A stretch of DNA of 64,000 bases, taken from NCBI GenBank assembly GCA_043228905.1, contig JBHGNT010000016.1:16306001-16370000 (forward strand), in the 5' to 3' direction. Source of the DNA: Azolla caroliniana. Its lineage: Eukaryota; Plantae; Polypodiophyta. A program made the translations under genes and the position numbers. Shown here piece after piece: positions 11,901-22,990 of the stretch. Under the pieces are notes generated by a model. It made no database searches. It was not told the DNA's origin and saw only the letters and a program-made list of their open reading frames with translations. The first letter of the stretch is position 1; each line of letters opens with the position of its first letter.

Positions 11901-14204
11901 GGACTGGTCGTACCGACTCAGTTGTCCAATCGGTCCACTTAACCGGAGCGAAATCGGACTCTCTTCCCGGGTCTCGATTTCGGGCTCATCCCGAGGCATC
12001 TCGGCCTCGCTGACCTCATCGTCAGAGATCGGATTGGAGTCAGGGTTCCGAGTCGGGGGCAGGTACCAGGACACGGACTCGTCAAACACAACGTCGCGGC
12101 TAACACGCGCTTGTTTGGTGCGAGGGTTATAGCATTTATAACCCTTCTGCTCGTCCGAGTAACCGACCAAGATGCATTTCTCGGCCTTTGCGTCCAGCTT
12201 CCTCCTTTTCTCCTTCGGTACATGCACATACGCAATGCTACCGAACACCCTCAAGTGTCGCAAGTTCGGCTTCGTTCCGAAATATAGCTTGTGCGCCGAC
12301 ACTTTGTCTTCGATCCAGTTCTGGATGTATATCGCGGTCCTTACCGTCTCGGCCCAGTAGAACTTGGGCAAGCTCTTCTCCTCCAGCATTGCCTGTGCCG
12401 CTTCCACAATCGACCGATTCTTCCTCTCGGCCACGCCGTTCTGCTCTGGCGGGTATCTACAACTAAATTCGCGCTGAATTCCCATTTGTTGTAGATAACC
12501 GTTGAATTGACCAGAAAAGTACTCTTTCCGGCCATCCGACCGCATGCACGTGATCTTTCGTCCCGTTTCGGCTTCCATGAACCCTTTGAGGTCCCGGAAA
12601 CAGTCGAAGACTTCGCTCTTCCTCTCAATGAGGTAGATCCACGTGTGCCGTGTGTGGTCGTCGATGAAGGAGACGAAATATCGGCTCCCGCCAAGACTAA
12701 CATTTTGTGCCGGCCCCCACACATCCGAGTCTATAAGGTCGAGCTTGTTCCGGCTCCGGTTTCGCTCGTTGGGGAAGGGAAGTCGGTGTTGCTTCCCGAG
12801 CTGGCAGGCTTCACAAATTTGTGCCTTTCGGCCAGTAAATTTGGGCAAATTGAACACTACCTGTTTCGTTTGCAAATCTTGAAGCCGCTGGTAGTTGACG
12901 TGGCCTATCCGCTTGTGCCACAAGTCGATGTCCGACTCGGCTTTTTGTCCCTTTGCGAACATTGCGGTGCTGCCGTCAGTGGAATCGAGGATGAACATCC
13001 TCCCGTCTCTGCGCCCTTGCGCAATCACACGGCCTTCTTCCTCAATGAAGCACCCGAGGTGTGTAAACCGAACCTCCATCCCTTGGTCGACGATCTGTCC
13101 GACCGAGACCAAGTTCTTCGTGATTGTCGGAACATGCAGCACGTTCTTGAGTTTCCCTTTTTGCCCGACATGGCTAAGGGGAACTTCTCCGACATTCGCG
13201 ATCGGATGCGGAGTGTCATCTCCTGTTGCGACTACTCCCGGTGGTATCGATTTTTCAAGGTACGAGAACCACTCCTTATGGCTCGTCATGTGGTTTGACG
13301 CGCCGGATTCTACGTACCACACCTCGTCCGATCTCGGGGTGCTCTGTTTCATTGAGTTTGCTTCGTGTCTCGTCACGAAGACAGACCCCTCTCCAGCTCT
13401 CTCGGAGTCTTTGGAGTAGTGCGATCGTTGCCAATTTCCCTTGTCGGTATGTCTGGAGCCGTTCCCGGAACCAGTTCTCTCCGAATCGGCGCTCTTCTTC
13501 CAGCACTCACTTTCCCTGTGGCCTTTCTTGCCACAGTACCAGCACTCCGCGATGGCCTTCCCTTGCCGGTTCTCATCGCTTCGACTCCCCCTGTTTCCGG
13601 AGGGTCCGGAGTTGCTGTCGACATCACTTCGGTGCCATCTTCCTTGATCTCGTCGGCAGCTTCCATTGCGTACCGACTCGCCTCGTCCGCCATGACCACG
13701 GGGCCTTTCTCCCTTCGTGTACAACATCTTGCTGTCGGTGTGCGTGCTCGTCGACGCACCCGCGTGGTTCTCCTCTATCAGGAGCATTGACTGTAAGTTG
13801 AAAAACGACGGCGTATTCTCTTGGTACATAGCCATTCGGAACGCTCCAAACTTCGACGCCAAACCTCCGAGACAGATCTGGACCATCTCGCTCTCCTCGA
13901 TGTTCACCTCTATGGAGGCGAGGGAGTCGCAGATATCCTTGATCTTCGAGGTATAGTCCGCCACCGACAAGTTGCGTTGTCGTAGGTTGCTCAACTCCTG
14001 TCGGAGCTGAAGCTTCCTAGCTGTGGTGCTCGCGACGAAAATCTTCTTCAGATTTTCCCATGCACCCTTCGGCGTCTTTGCATCCCGAACATAGCTTAAT
14101 AGTTGTTCGCCCACACACGACGCAAAGTAGTACAACACCCTGCTCGCCGATTGCTCCCACGACGGGAAGTCTCTGTCTGTCGATTTTGAGCTTGTCTCTC
14201 AACA
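8940..14204 (-). mobile_element. Element C2: Ty1/Copia with near-intact polyprotein, 5' LTR reduced to a stub of about 20 bp
   Basis: 3' LTR about 8940-9451 (TGTTGAGAGACAAGCTCAA...TTGAACA on minus), PPT at 9452-9462, and the same LTR start at 14186-14204 joined directly to gag. No TSD found. Confidence 0.88.
9657..14180 (-). pseudogene. C2 Copia polyprotein gag-PR-INT-RT-RH plus C-terminal extension
   Basis: The 1328-aa ORF 10152-14138 has CWYCGKKGHRESEC, WHKRIGH/CEAC, QNGVAERKNR, YVDD and YTDADWAG. One in-frame TAG at 10152-10154 precedes ADIFTK, and the same frame continues to 9657. The protease motif reads ESGAS (catalytic D changed to E). Confidence 0.93.
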
Positions 14205-14205
14205 A

Positions 14206-15165
14206 ATGGGTAGCTCGCTCCCTAGTGAAAAACTAGACCGGAGCAATTATTCATCTTGGGAGTACAAGATGACCCAATACCTCGTCAGCCAAGGGTATTG
14301 GAGCTACATCAACGGCGCACTTGAAAACAAGCCCAACATCACAAACGCCAACTATCCAATGTGGGAGCAAGGAGCAAGTCGAGTAATGTATTGGTTGGCA
14401 ACATGTGTTCAAAACCACATGCTTAGTGACATTCGTGAAGCCAAGACGCCTAAAGAGGCGTGGGAGAACTTGAAGAAAATGTTTGTCGCCAACACGACCA
14501 CCCGAAATCTTCAACTCCGACAAGAGTTGAACAACATGCGGCAAAATCGGCCACCGCGAGGACTGCCGAAGAAATCCGACAAGGGCAGGGGCAAGGTGCC
14601 CGAATACGAAGTCGACCAACCCGACGACAATGATTCGGATGGATCAACTCCCTCACTAGATAGTGAGTTTGGTGTACCCATCTTGAGGACACCCGGAGTA
14701 AAGAAGGCGCTCACATCGGCGAGCGAAAAACTCCGACGCTCTTCTAAAGAGAAGAATCTTGTCATTCGACTCGGCTACAACGAGTATATGGCCCATCATT
14801 ACACCTTCGCGATGAAGGTAGCGGCCGAACAAGAACTCGAGAGCCTTACGGAAGCGGCTCGTGACCCACGATGGGTGGAAGCAGTCAACCTTTGCCAATT
14901 TCGCATGGCAAGCCTTCATCAAAGGCTTGAGGGGGAGGAACCAAAACTGCCACCGAAAGAACAATATCGGCCCAAAGCCGAAGCCAGCTATCCAAAGCCA
15001 AAGCCGATTCAACTAAATCGAAGATCCGAAACCGGCCATCCAAAGCCAAAACCGGCTATCCAAAGCCGAAGCCGATTCAACCGAATCGAGGAACCGAAAC
15101 CGGCCATCCGAAGCCAAAGCCAAAGCTTATTCAACCGAATCGAAGATCTGAAACCGGCCATCTGA
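14206..15165 (+). CDS. C1 chimeric ORF: Copia gag N-terminus fused to the INT-RT linker and 3' repeat region
   Basis: 319 aa. EKLDRSNYSSW...LQLRQELNN gag, then GYNEYMAHHY...DPRWVEA linker, then PKPKP repeats. PR, INT, RT and RH are absent. Confidence 0.7.
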   Translation: MGSSLPSEKLDRSNYSSWEYKMTQYLVSQGYWSYINGALENKPNITNANYPMWEQGASRVMYWLATCVQNHMLSDIREAKTPKEAWENLKKMFVANTTTRNLQLRQELNNMRQNRPPRGLPKKSDKGRGKVPEYEVDQPDDNDSDGSTPSLDSEFGVPILRTPGVKKALTSASEKLRRSSKEKNLVIRLGYNEYMAHHYTFAMKVAAEQELESLTEAARDPRWVEAVNLCQFRMASLHQRLEGEEPKLPPKEQYRPKAEASYPKPKPIQLNRRSETGHPKPKPAIQSRSRFNRIEEPKPAIRSQSQSLFNRIEDLKPAI

Positions 15166-15231
15166 AGCCGAAGCCGAACCCAATTCAATCAAATCGAGGA
15201 TCTGAACACCGAAAGCCAAAGCGGATTCAGA

Positions 15232-15698
15232 TGTCATGATATGGCAAGACTCGAACCCATGACCTTATGCTACATGGGTCGAGCTCTTACCATTAGACTA
15301 TAAATTGTAATTTGTAGGATATTACTTTCATTTATGCTTTATCATAGAAAATTGATGTATATTCCATATCTCTCTGGAACATTCTAGAAGCTTCAGGATT
15401 ATTCCTAAAAACACTATAAAAGGAGGCACAAGGCATTGTTTTGAACCAAATTGGTTCAACGCCAGTCTTAAACCTCTTAGCCGCTTGTACTTATCTTTTC
15501 ACATAATATATTAGTTGTTGTCATCATCTTTCTCTCTCTCTCATCCTCGCTATCTCTCTCTCTCCTCTTCTCACTTCCTCTCTTGGGAATCTTACGCAGT
15601 CCCGTCCTCTTAGTACTAATAGTACTGCTCTTCTTAGTACTAATAGTACTACTCTTCTTAGTACTAATTCCATCTCTGCTTTAGTACTATTCCTGACA
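15232..15698 (+). repeat. A 5' LTR
   Basis: TGTCATGAT...CCTGACA with TATAAAA at 15415-15421. About 12 substitutions and one extra 24-bp unit versus the 3' LTR. Confidence 0.95.
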
Positions 15699-16904
15699 GT
15701 TTGAACCAATTTGCTTTCCTCCAGCCTACTTGTCGTTCTCCCTCATCCTCCTACCCTTTTCCCTATACTATGGCTACTGTTAGCGCCCAAGAATATCAAT
15801 CCATTTTCTCTGAGTTACAGTGCCTAAAAGAAAAGTTTGTTGCCCTGGAACAAGAAAACCAACGGTTGATAGGGAATTTGCAACAAATCGCTCTCGAAAA
15901 ACAACAAACGCAACAACAACAAATCGTCCAACCTCTGCCTACGCGGCGGATTTCCGTCTACTCGCCTCAGATATCCCCTGGGATGACCAGGTCCTCATGG
16001 AGCAGTTTCGCTACGGCTTGCGCAATGATGTCAAAGATTTGCTATTAACCTTCCCCGAAGAACCAAAGTCTCTTACGGAGGCAATCAGTCAAGCGGGCCG
16101 ATGCGACAACTGCCTTTTCGAACGGCGTTCCGAACGTCAGTTACAAATACCACGCTCTCGGCCGGAACCCACATACGCTTCAATCACGGCTAAACCATTT
16201 GCACGCGATGTACCTCAAGCCAATATTCCGACACCGATGGAGATCGACACCATGCGTCGACGCGGCTCTTCTTAGTACTAATAGTACTACTCTTCTTAGT
16301 ACTAATTCCATCTCTGCTTTAGTACTATTCCTGACAGTTTGAACCAATTTGCTTTCCTCCAGCCTACTTGTCGTTCTCCCTCATCCTCCTACCCTTTTCC
16401 CTATACTATGGCTACTGTTAGCGCCCAAGAATATCAATCCATTTTCTCTGAGTTACAGTGCCTAAAAGAAAAGTTTGTTGCCCTGGAACAAGAAAACCAA
16501 CGGTTGATAGGGAATTTGCAACAAATCGCTCTCGAAAAACAACAAACGCAACAACAACAAATCGTCCAACCTCTGCCTACGCGGCGGATTTCCGTCTACT
16601 CGCCTCAGATATCCCCTGGGATGACCAGGTCCTCATGGAGCAGTTTCGCTACGGCTTGCGCAATGATGTCAAAGATTTGCTATTAACCTTCCCCGAAGAA
16701 CCAAAGTCTCTTACGGAGGCAATCAGTCAAGCGGGCCGATGCGACAACTGCCTTTTCGAACGGCGTTCCGAACGTCAGTTACAAATACCACGCTCTCGGC
16801 CGGAACCCACATACGCTTCAATCACGGCTAAACCATTTGCACGCGATGTACCTCAAGCCAATATTCCGACACCGATGGAGATCGACACCATGCGTCGACG
16901 CGGC
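15627..16904 (+). repeat. 638-bp tandem duplication of U5-PBS-gag
   Basis: 15627-16266 repeats at 16265-16904. The ORF track gives identical translations offset by 638. 2-bp GC microhomology at the junction. Confidence 0.93.
15699..15712 (+). promoter_or_regulatory. Non-tRNA (self-priming type) PBS of element A
   Basis: GTTTGAACCAATTT has no TGG start. 15701-15712 is complementary to AAATTGGTTCAA at 15448-15459, about 27 nt after the TATA box. Confidence 0.75.
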
Positions 16905-17183
16905 CCGTTATCGGAAGAAGAAAAGCAACAACGACGTGCCAATCGATTATGTCTTTATTGCGGTGGACCAGGGCATATCGCCATCAATTGTCCCCATAGG
17001 CCAAGAAGACAGGTAAATCAAATCATCGCCTGTACTAAACCCGAGTCAATTCTTCCCTTCGGAGTGTCTGATAGTATTAATAGTACTAATAGAGTGTTAG
17101 ATAGTATTCATAGTACTAATAGCCCAAGTATCTCAAACAAATTTGAAATCCTTAGTCAATTAGATGAAGAGTTAAACGATTGA
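16408..17183 (+). pseudogene. A gag (internal deletion and frameshift)
   Basis: MATVSAQEY start, then a jump to SAYAADFRLLA, PTPMEID and CLYCGGPGHIAINC. The core present in the B1 gag is missing. Confidence 0.88.
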
Positions 17184-19252
17184 GTTCAGCCAAAATAGGA
17201 GCCGTTTGGTTGGACAACAGCCCTAGATCTATACAGCCCATTAGTGGTTCCATTCCTTCCAAGCAAGTTAGCAATGTGTTCCTAGCCCAAGTCATTGTTA
17301 GTACTAAAAGTACTCCCCCAGTACCCGTCCTAGCACTCTTAGATTCCGGAGCTAATTCCTGTTTTATGGATCGAAATTTTGCCCAAGCTTCTCAGATATC
17401 CCTAAGGAAACTTCCTTGTCCCGGATCTATAGTGATCATTGATGGTCGTCCCATTGCTTCCGGGAATATTGTAGAAGAATCAGAACCCATTCAAGTTGTC
17501 CTAGGTAGTTTTGTGTGTGTAATATCATTTAATATAATTAGTAGTCCAGAGCATCCCATTGTCCTAGGATTACCTTGGTTTGAATTACATAATCCAGCCA
17601 TAGATTGGAGAACAAGAGAAGTCCGATATCGACCACCCCAAGCATCTACTCACCGAGTTTCGACCATTTCACTCCATCAATTACGCGAAGAAGGACACAA
17701 GGAGGCAATGTTCCTATTTGCAATATCAGTACATCCTTCCAGCACTATTAAGAAGGACTCCTTAGTACAACTTCCAGCAAAATATCATCCTTATGCCGAT
17801 GTATTTGACAAGGTAAAACCCGGTACCCTTCCTCATCACCGTCCCTATGACTGTCCCATCGATTTACAACCAGGAACCGAGCCACCATGGGGACCAATTT
17901 ACAACTTGTCACCCACCGAGTTAGAAGTCCTTCGAGCCTACATAGAGGAGAACCTGGCAAGCGGGTTCATCCGTCATTCGAAATCTCCGGCCGGTGCACC
18001 CATCTTCTTTGTCAAGAAGAAAGATGGCTCACTTCGTCTCGTCGTTGATTACCACGGATTGAATAAGGTCACCATCCGGAATAGGTATGCACTTCCTCTT
18101 ATATCAAGCCTTTTAGAGCGAGTTAATGGTGCCAAGTTTTTTACTAAAATCGACCTACGAGGAGCGTATAACCTCGTGCGGATCCGACCGGGAGATGAAT
18201 GGAAGACCGCCTTTCGCACACGGTATGGGCATTTCGAGTATACTGTTATGCCGTTCGGCCTAACCAATGCACCCGCAGTCTTCCAACACATGGCAAATGA
18301 TATATTCAGAGACCTCTTGGATATCTGTTTGATCATCTATCTGGATGATATATTGATTTATTCGAAGACCCAGGAAGAGCACGATTCTCATGTACTATTA
18401 GTACTAAAGCGTCTCCGCGAGAATGTTCTTTATGCCAAGCTAGAAAAATGTAGCTTTGACTGCAAGCAAGTGGAATTTCTAGGCTACGTCATCTCCTCAA
18501 AGGGCATAGCCATGGATCCAGCTAAAATCCAAACTGTACTAGAGTGGCAAATTCCACGGTCGGTACGAGATGTACAATGTTTTATAGGTTTTGCTAACTT
18601 CAACCGTAAGTTTATACAGGATTACTCGAAGATTATTTTACCTCTCACACAACTTACGAAGAAGGGCCAAGCATTTCTTTGGTCCATCGAAGCAGATATG
18701 GCTTTTCGGCATCTTAATAAAGCCTTTACATCATCACCGATTCTAGCTCATGTGGATACAAGCAAACCATTCATCATGGAGGCCTACGCATCAGATTTCA
18801 CCCTCGGTAGCATCCTTTCTCAACAAGGAGATAAAGAAGAGTTGCATCCGGTGGCTTTCCATTCGCGCAAATTCGATGTCGCAGAAATCAACTACGAAAT
18901 ACATGACAAGGAGTTATTAGCCATTGTGGATTCATTTGTGCAATGGCGGCATTTCTTAGAGGGCTCTCCACATCAGGTCATTGTCTTTACCGATCATAAA
19001 AATCTTGCTTATTTTCAGAACGCTCGAGTACTAAATCGACGTCAAGCTCGGTGGGCGCAATTCCTCACGCATTTCGACTTAAAAATCACATATCGACCGG
19101 GGAAGCAGCAAGGAAAAGCAGATGCACTATAACGGCGTTCATATCTTGCACCTCGTCCTGGTGATGCAACATTTGATAATCAAAAGCAAGTAATATTGGG
19201 ACCAACACGATTGCACACGACGCAGATTTTTCACACCCCGATGGATTCACGG
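17168..19252 (+). pseudogene. A pol: protease, RT, RNase H
   Basis: LLDSGA, KTAFRTRYGHFEY, YLDD, NYEIHDKELLAI, TDHKNL. Premature stop at 19130-19132. Interrupted by D. Confidence 0.93.
17171..17225 (+). promoter_or_regulatory. Predicted -1 ribosomal frameshift signal (G_TTA_AAC plus pseudoknot)
   Basis: The gag/pol overlap is only 17168-17183. Heptamer at 17171-17177, 6-nt spacer, stem 17184-17194/17205-17215, loop pairing with 17220-17225. Confidence 0.75.
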
Positions 19253-20064
19253 TGTCGCGTTGTTACGCGCGTGCGTGGAGAAAGGCGGGACCACGGGGGT
19301 CTTGGACTAGAGAGTGATGGAGCGTACAAAGTCGTGCTTCACTGTTTCTGGGGCATCCCAGAAACACACCGGAAGCAACCGAAGGGAGAGAGAGAGAGAG
19401 AGCGTGCTTAACACCGACTCACGCGCACACACGCACACACACGCACACGCACACACGCACACGCACACACGCACACGCACACACGCACACGCACACACGC
19501 ACGCACACACAGCCCAACTCGACTCATGCCTTATGTACAGAAACGAAGGAGAGGGTAAGCACCCGACGCCAACAACGACACGAATATACACAGACAAACG
19601 TATATATATATATAAAGGGAAGAATACATTCCCGGCGTCGAGCTGGACTAAGGTAGGTTACAATAGTCGTCTGCTGTCAAGCAGCCGTCGGGGAGCTCTC
19701 AGCTCGTTGCGCCGAGCGGGGTCTTGCACAGGAGGCCGAACCAAAGAAAACCCTAAGCAAACACGCAGAAGGAGAAGAAGAAGAACCTAACTCTAAACCT
19801 AACGGTATACCCTCTAATGCATAATGGGCAACCCCTCACAAAGGGCGCTCCCTTCCTTTTATAGAACAAGGAAAGGGATGTGTTACAATGTGGGACAAAT
19901 CCCGACTTTCATGGGATCGTCTGTCCCGACTTGATTACTCTTCGGCGCCATAAAGGCGCCCTCGATATTCACACTAAATGTACAAGGGTGCTTACACACG
20001 TTGCACCCCGCCGATGTAGCCAATGTTTCCCGGTTTCCACCTCTGGCCGAAATTCTTCACGACA
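19253..20064 (-). repeat. D 3' LTR (contains (GA)n and CA/CG microsatellites)
   Basis: TGTCGCG...CACGACA on plus, direct repeat of 27946-28702. Confidence 0.95.
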
Positions 20065-21495
20065 TCCGCCCCCACCTAACTGCACGTCCACCGGTACGTG
20101 CCAAATCTGGTTGAAGGGTGAGAGATTTCGTCCAGCGGTGTCGTGCCTTTCGGCTCCGGATCGTTTGCGTGAGTCGGGTGGGAACCGCCGAGGTTTTGGA
20201 CTAGGAGAAAGAAAAATACAAATAAGGCTAGTAAAGAATAGGTATAAAGAGTTATAAGATAAGAATCTCGTGAATCCCACGAGTTTAGTATATTTAGTCA
20301 ATATTTAGGTAGTAAGAGAGAATTATTTTAGCAAATTCGTGAATCCCACGAATATTTTAGATTGATTGATCATTATAGAAAAATAATCAACAAAAACTAC
20401 AATGTGCTCCCCATCCTTATATAGTGATGGGAGAGACTAAGCATAGCTACATGCTTTTTTCTAATATGTTCATGCACAGTAAATGTGCATGTGATGCTTT
20501 TCTAATTCCTAAGTATAGGGCTCATGCACGCTAGATGTGCATGAGTTATTTTTAGTGTCTCGTGTTTTTTCTTTTTCATATATTAAAAAAATACACGATT
20601 TACCTTTTAATAAAGGTATGCATAAATAAAGGTCTTATACGTATTAAATCTATATTTAAAACACTTAAGATAAGTTAATGTAATGGTAAGGTTGGGGTTT
20701 GTCAACGTGGAGCTGCAGAGTTCGAATCACCCCCTGCGCAGTAGTGAGTATTTCCTTTTCTTTTTACATTTATGTCTCTTTATCCGGCTCTTCCTTGCCG
20801 GTATGCCGTTCCGGTATGCCGTTTTCCTCCTTGCCGGTATGCCATTTTCCTCCTTGCCGGTATGCCGTTTTCTTCCGGTTCTCACCGAGCACTCCATTCT
20901 CTATCCGGAGGGACAAAAATATAATTTTCACATAGTGTGCAACCTACACTACGACACTCGCCCCCTCCAAACCCGCACATCCTCCGGTATGTGCCGAAGT
21001 TGCCGATGCTCGTTGTCTCCCCTTCATCCTCCGTTTGTCCCGCTATGTCAACTTTGTCTCTCCATTTTGAGTAGACCCATTCTTTCCACCCGAACCATTG
21101 TCGCCATCCGATCCACCATATTCTTTGTTCTCTCTCGTCATATTCTTGGCCCTTGTCATTCGTGGTAGTGTCTTTTACTGGCCTCTTTGTTGTCTTCATC
21201 AACCTTGACTTTTTTCCGGATCGCTCTCGTCCAATCGACTTTCGGTTTGATCGGCTTCCGATCGGATTCGTATTCGGCCGAATCGGAATCGGTTGTTCGG
21301 TTTCGATTGAGTCGGTCTCCTTCCGGCCCGGTTTCGATCTATCGGTTTTGGTTTCGGTTGGCTTTCTTTTCCTCGTTTTCACCGGCCTCGACCGGTCCAA
21401 CCTTCGGTTGAGTCGGATTAGCTTCTTTCCGGATCGGTCTTGTCCGATCGGCTTTCGGCTAGGTCGGCTTCCATCCATATTCGCGTTCGGCCAAG

Positions 21496-22956
21496 TCAGA
21501 CTCGGTCGATCGGTTTTGACCAAGTCGACCCCTTTTCGGGTCGTCTTTCGGCCGAATCCTCATTCGCCCGATTCAGCTTTTGTTTATGTCGTCTTTCGGC
21601 CGAATTCTCTTCCTTTCGGTTCGGCTTTCTTTCGGGTCGACTTTCGGTCGAATCCTCTTTTACCCGGTTCGGCTTTCTTTCGGATCGGAATCCTGTCCGG
21701 ATCACCTTCCATCCTAACTGGCTTCCGACTTTACCTTTCTTGCCGCCACCTCCCGTCTCTCCGGTCTCACGTTGCTTCTCAGACACAACTGCCGAAGTCT
21801 CTAGGATTAGTGGGTAGGAATCCTCGGTATTATCATCCTCCGTTGTTTCACCCATAGCCATATTCTCGGCTATCTCTCCGTCGTATGCATCGACTTCGAC
21901 CTTTGTTTTCTCTCCGCCACCTTCCGTCTCTTCGGTCTCACGTTGCCTTTCAAACGCAACCGCCGGAGTCTCTGAAATCAGTGGTGGGGAAACTGTCTTG
22001 ATATGGCCATCCGCCATTGATTCGTCCATAGCCACCTTCGATTCGATGTCATGTTTCGTGGCGACCTCCTCAATCAAGTCCTCCTTGCTCTCTTTCACTG
22101 CATCAATTATGCTTACCCCTTTTTCACCCAATGTTTCGGACACTTGTAATCCGAAATCTTCTTCTACACTTGGGTTATCGGCCTTATCCTTTGTCGTTGT
22201 TCTTTCTCAAGACAAGAGGGTAGCTTGTTTTACACCCTCTTCCGTCGCACCATCATGTTGTATTTCGGCCTTCATATCGGCTCCATCGTTTGTCTTCAAT
22301 CGACCATCCTTCATCGGCCATGTCGTTGACAAGATTCTCATCTTCCTCTCATCATGTCTCCGGCATACCCTTTGGACTTCGGCCCAATTTTCGGTAAGAC
22401 CATTCGTACCGTCATCGTCTTCGAGTTCGATCCCGATGTCCATCCTTTCTTTTCGATCGATCGATTTTACGAACATTAGGACTTTATCCTCCCCCACCAA
22501 TCTTTGTTCCTGCTCCGAGAGTCGAGCAAGACGATGCTCGAACTCTAGGAATGCTTGTGTTGCACTTCGGTGGGTCTTCTCCGATGCCACCCATTCGTCA
22601 AACTCGCGTCGATCTCGTCCCTTCGATCTCTCGTAGTCATATGCCTCTCGTAAAGCTTCTTCAAATGACCCCCATGTCGAGTTTTGTTGCCGTATCTTGT
22701 GGATTCTCTCTTGTAGCTCATCCGTGGCCACCTGATTGAAGGATGTCACTTGCAATCCTTCCGGTATCCCACATCGTATCATCTCCGCCTTGTAGTCATG
22801 TAGATAGCGTGACACATCGTTTCCGTTGAATTGTCCGTTTCGTTGTACGAGCCGCTTTACTGCCCCCGTGATCTCCGACATCACTCGTTGTTCTTGTAGC
22901 ATCCGCTCGAACATCATCATCATTGTTATACTCATTGCCTCTTGTTGATTCTCCAT
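21496..22956 (-). pseudogene. E gag-like ORF with acidic/low-complexity tail, one in-frame stop
   Basis: ORFs 22207-22977 and 21496-22143 are in the same frame. Homologous to the D gag (GQFNGNDVSRYL vs GRFNGDKVPSYL; GIELEDDDGTNGLT vs GIELEDDDGANGLT). Confidence 0.8.
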
Positions 22957-22972
22957 CTCCTTGCCACCCACC

Positions 22973-22990
22973 TTCACGTCGGGTTCACCA
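22973..22990 (-). promoter_or_regulatory. PBS of E, tRNA-Trp
   Basis: Plus strand TTCACGTCGGGTTCACCA equals the 3' 18 nt of plant cytosolic tRNA-Trp as recalled. 4 nt from the LTR. Confidence 0.85.

Noticed and set aside
9680-13956. Many plus-strand and alternate-frame ORFs overlapping the C2 polyprotein
   Set aside because: They are shadow ORFs of GC-rich coding sequence with no recognisable motifs.
15232-15303. Functional tRNA genes in the LTRs
   Set aside because: Acceptor, anticodon and T stems do not pair properly, and only the A/B boxes and spacing remain.
19314-19790. His/Thr-rich ORF
   Set aside because: It is a translation of the CA/CG microsatellite inside the D LTR.
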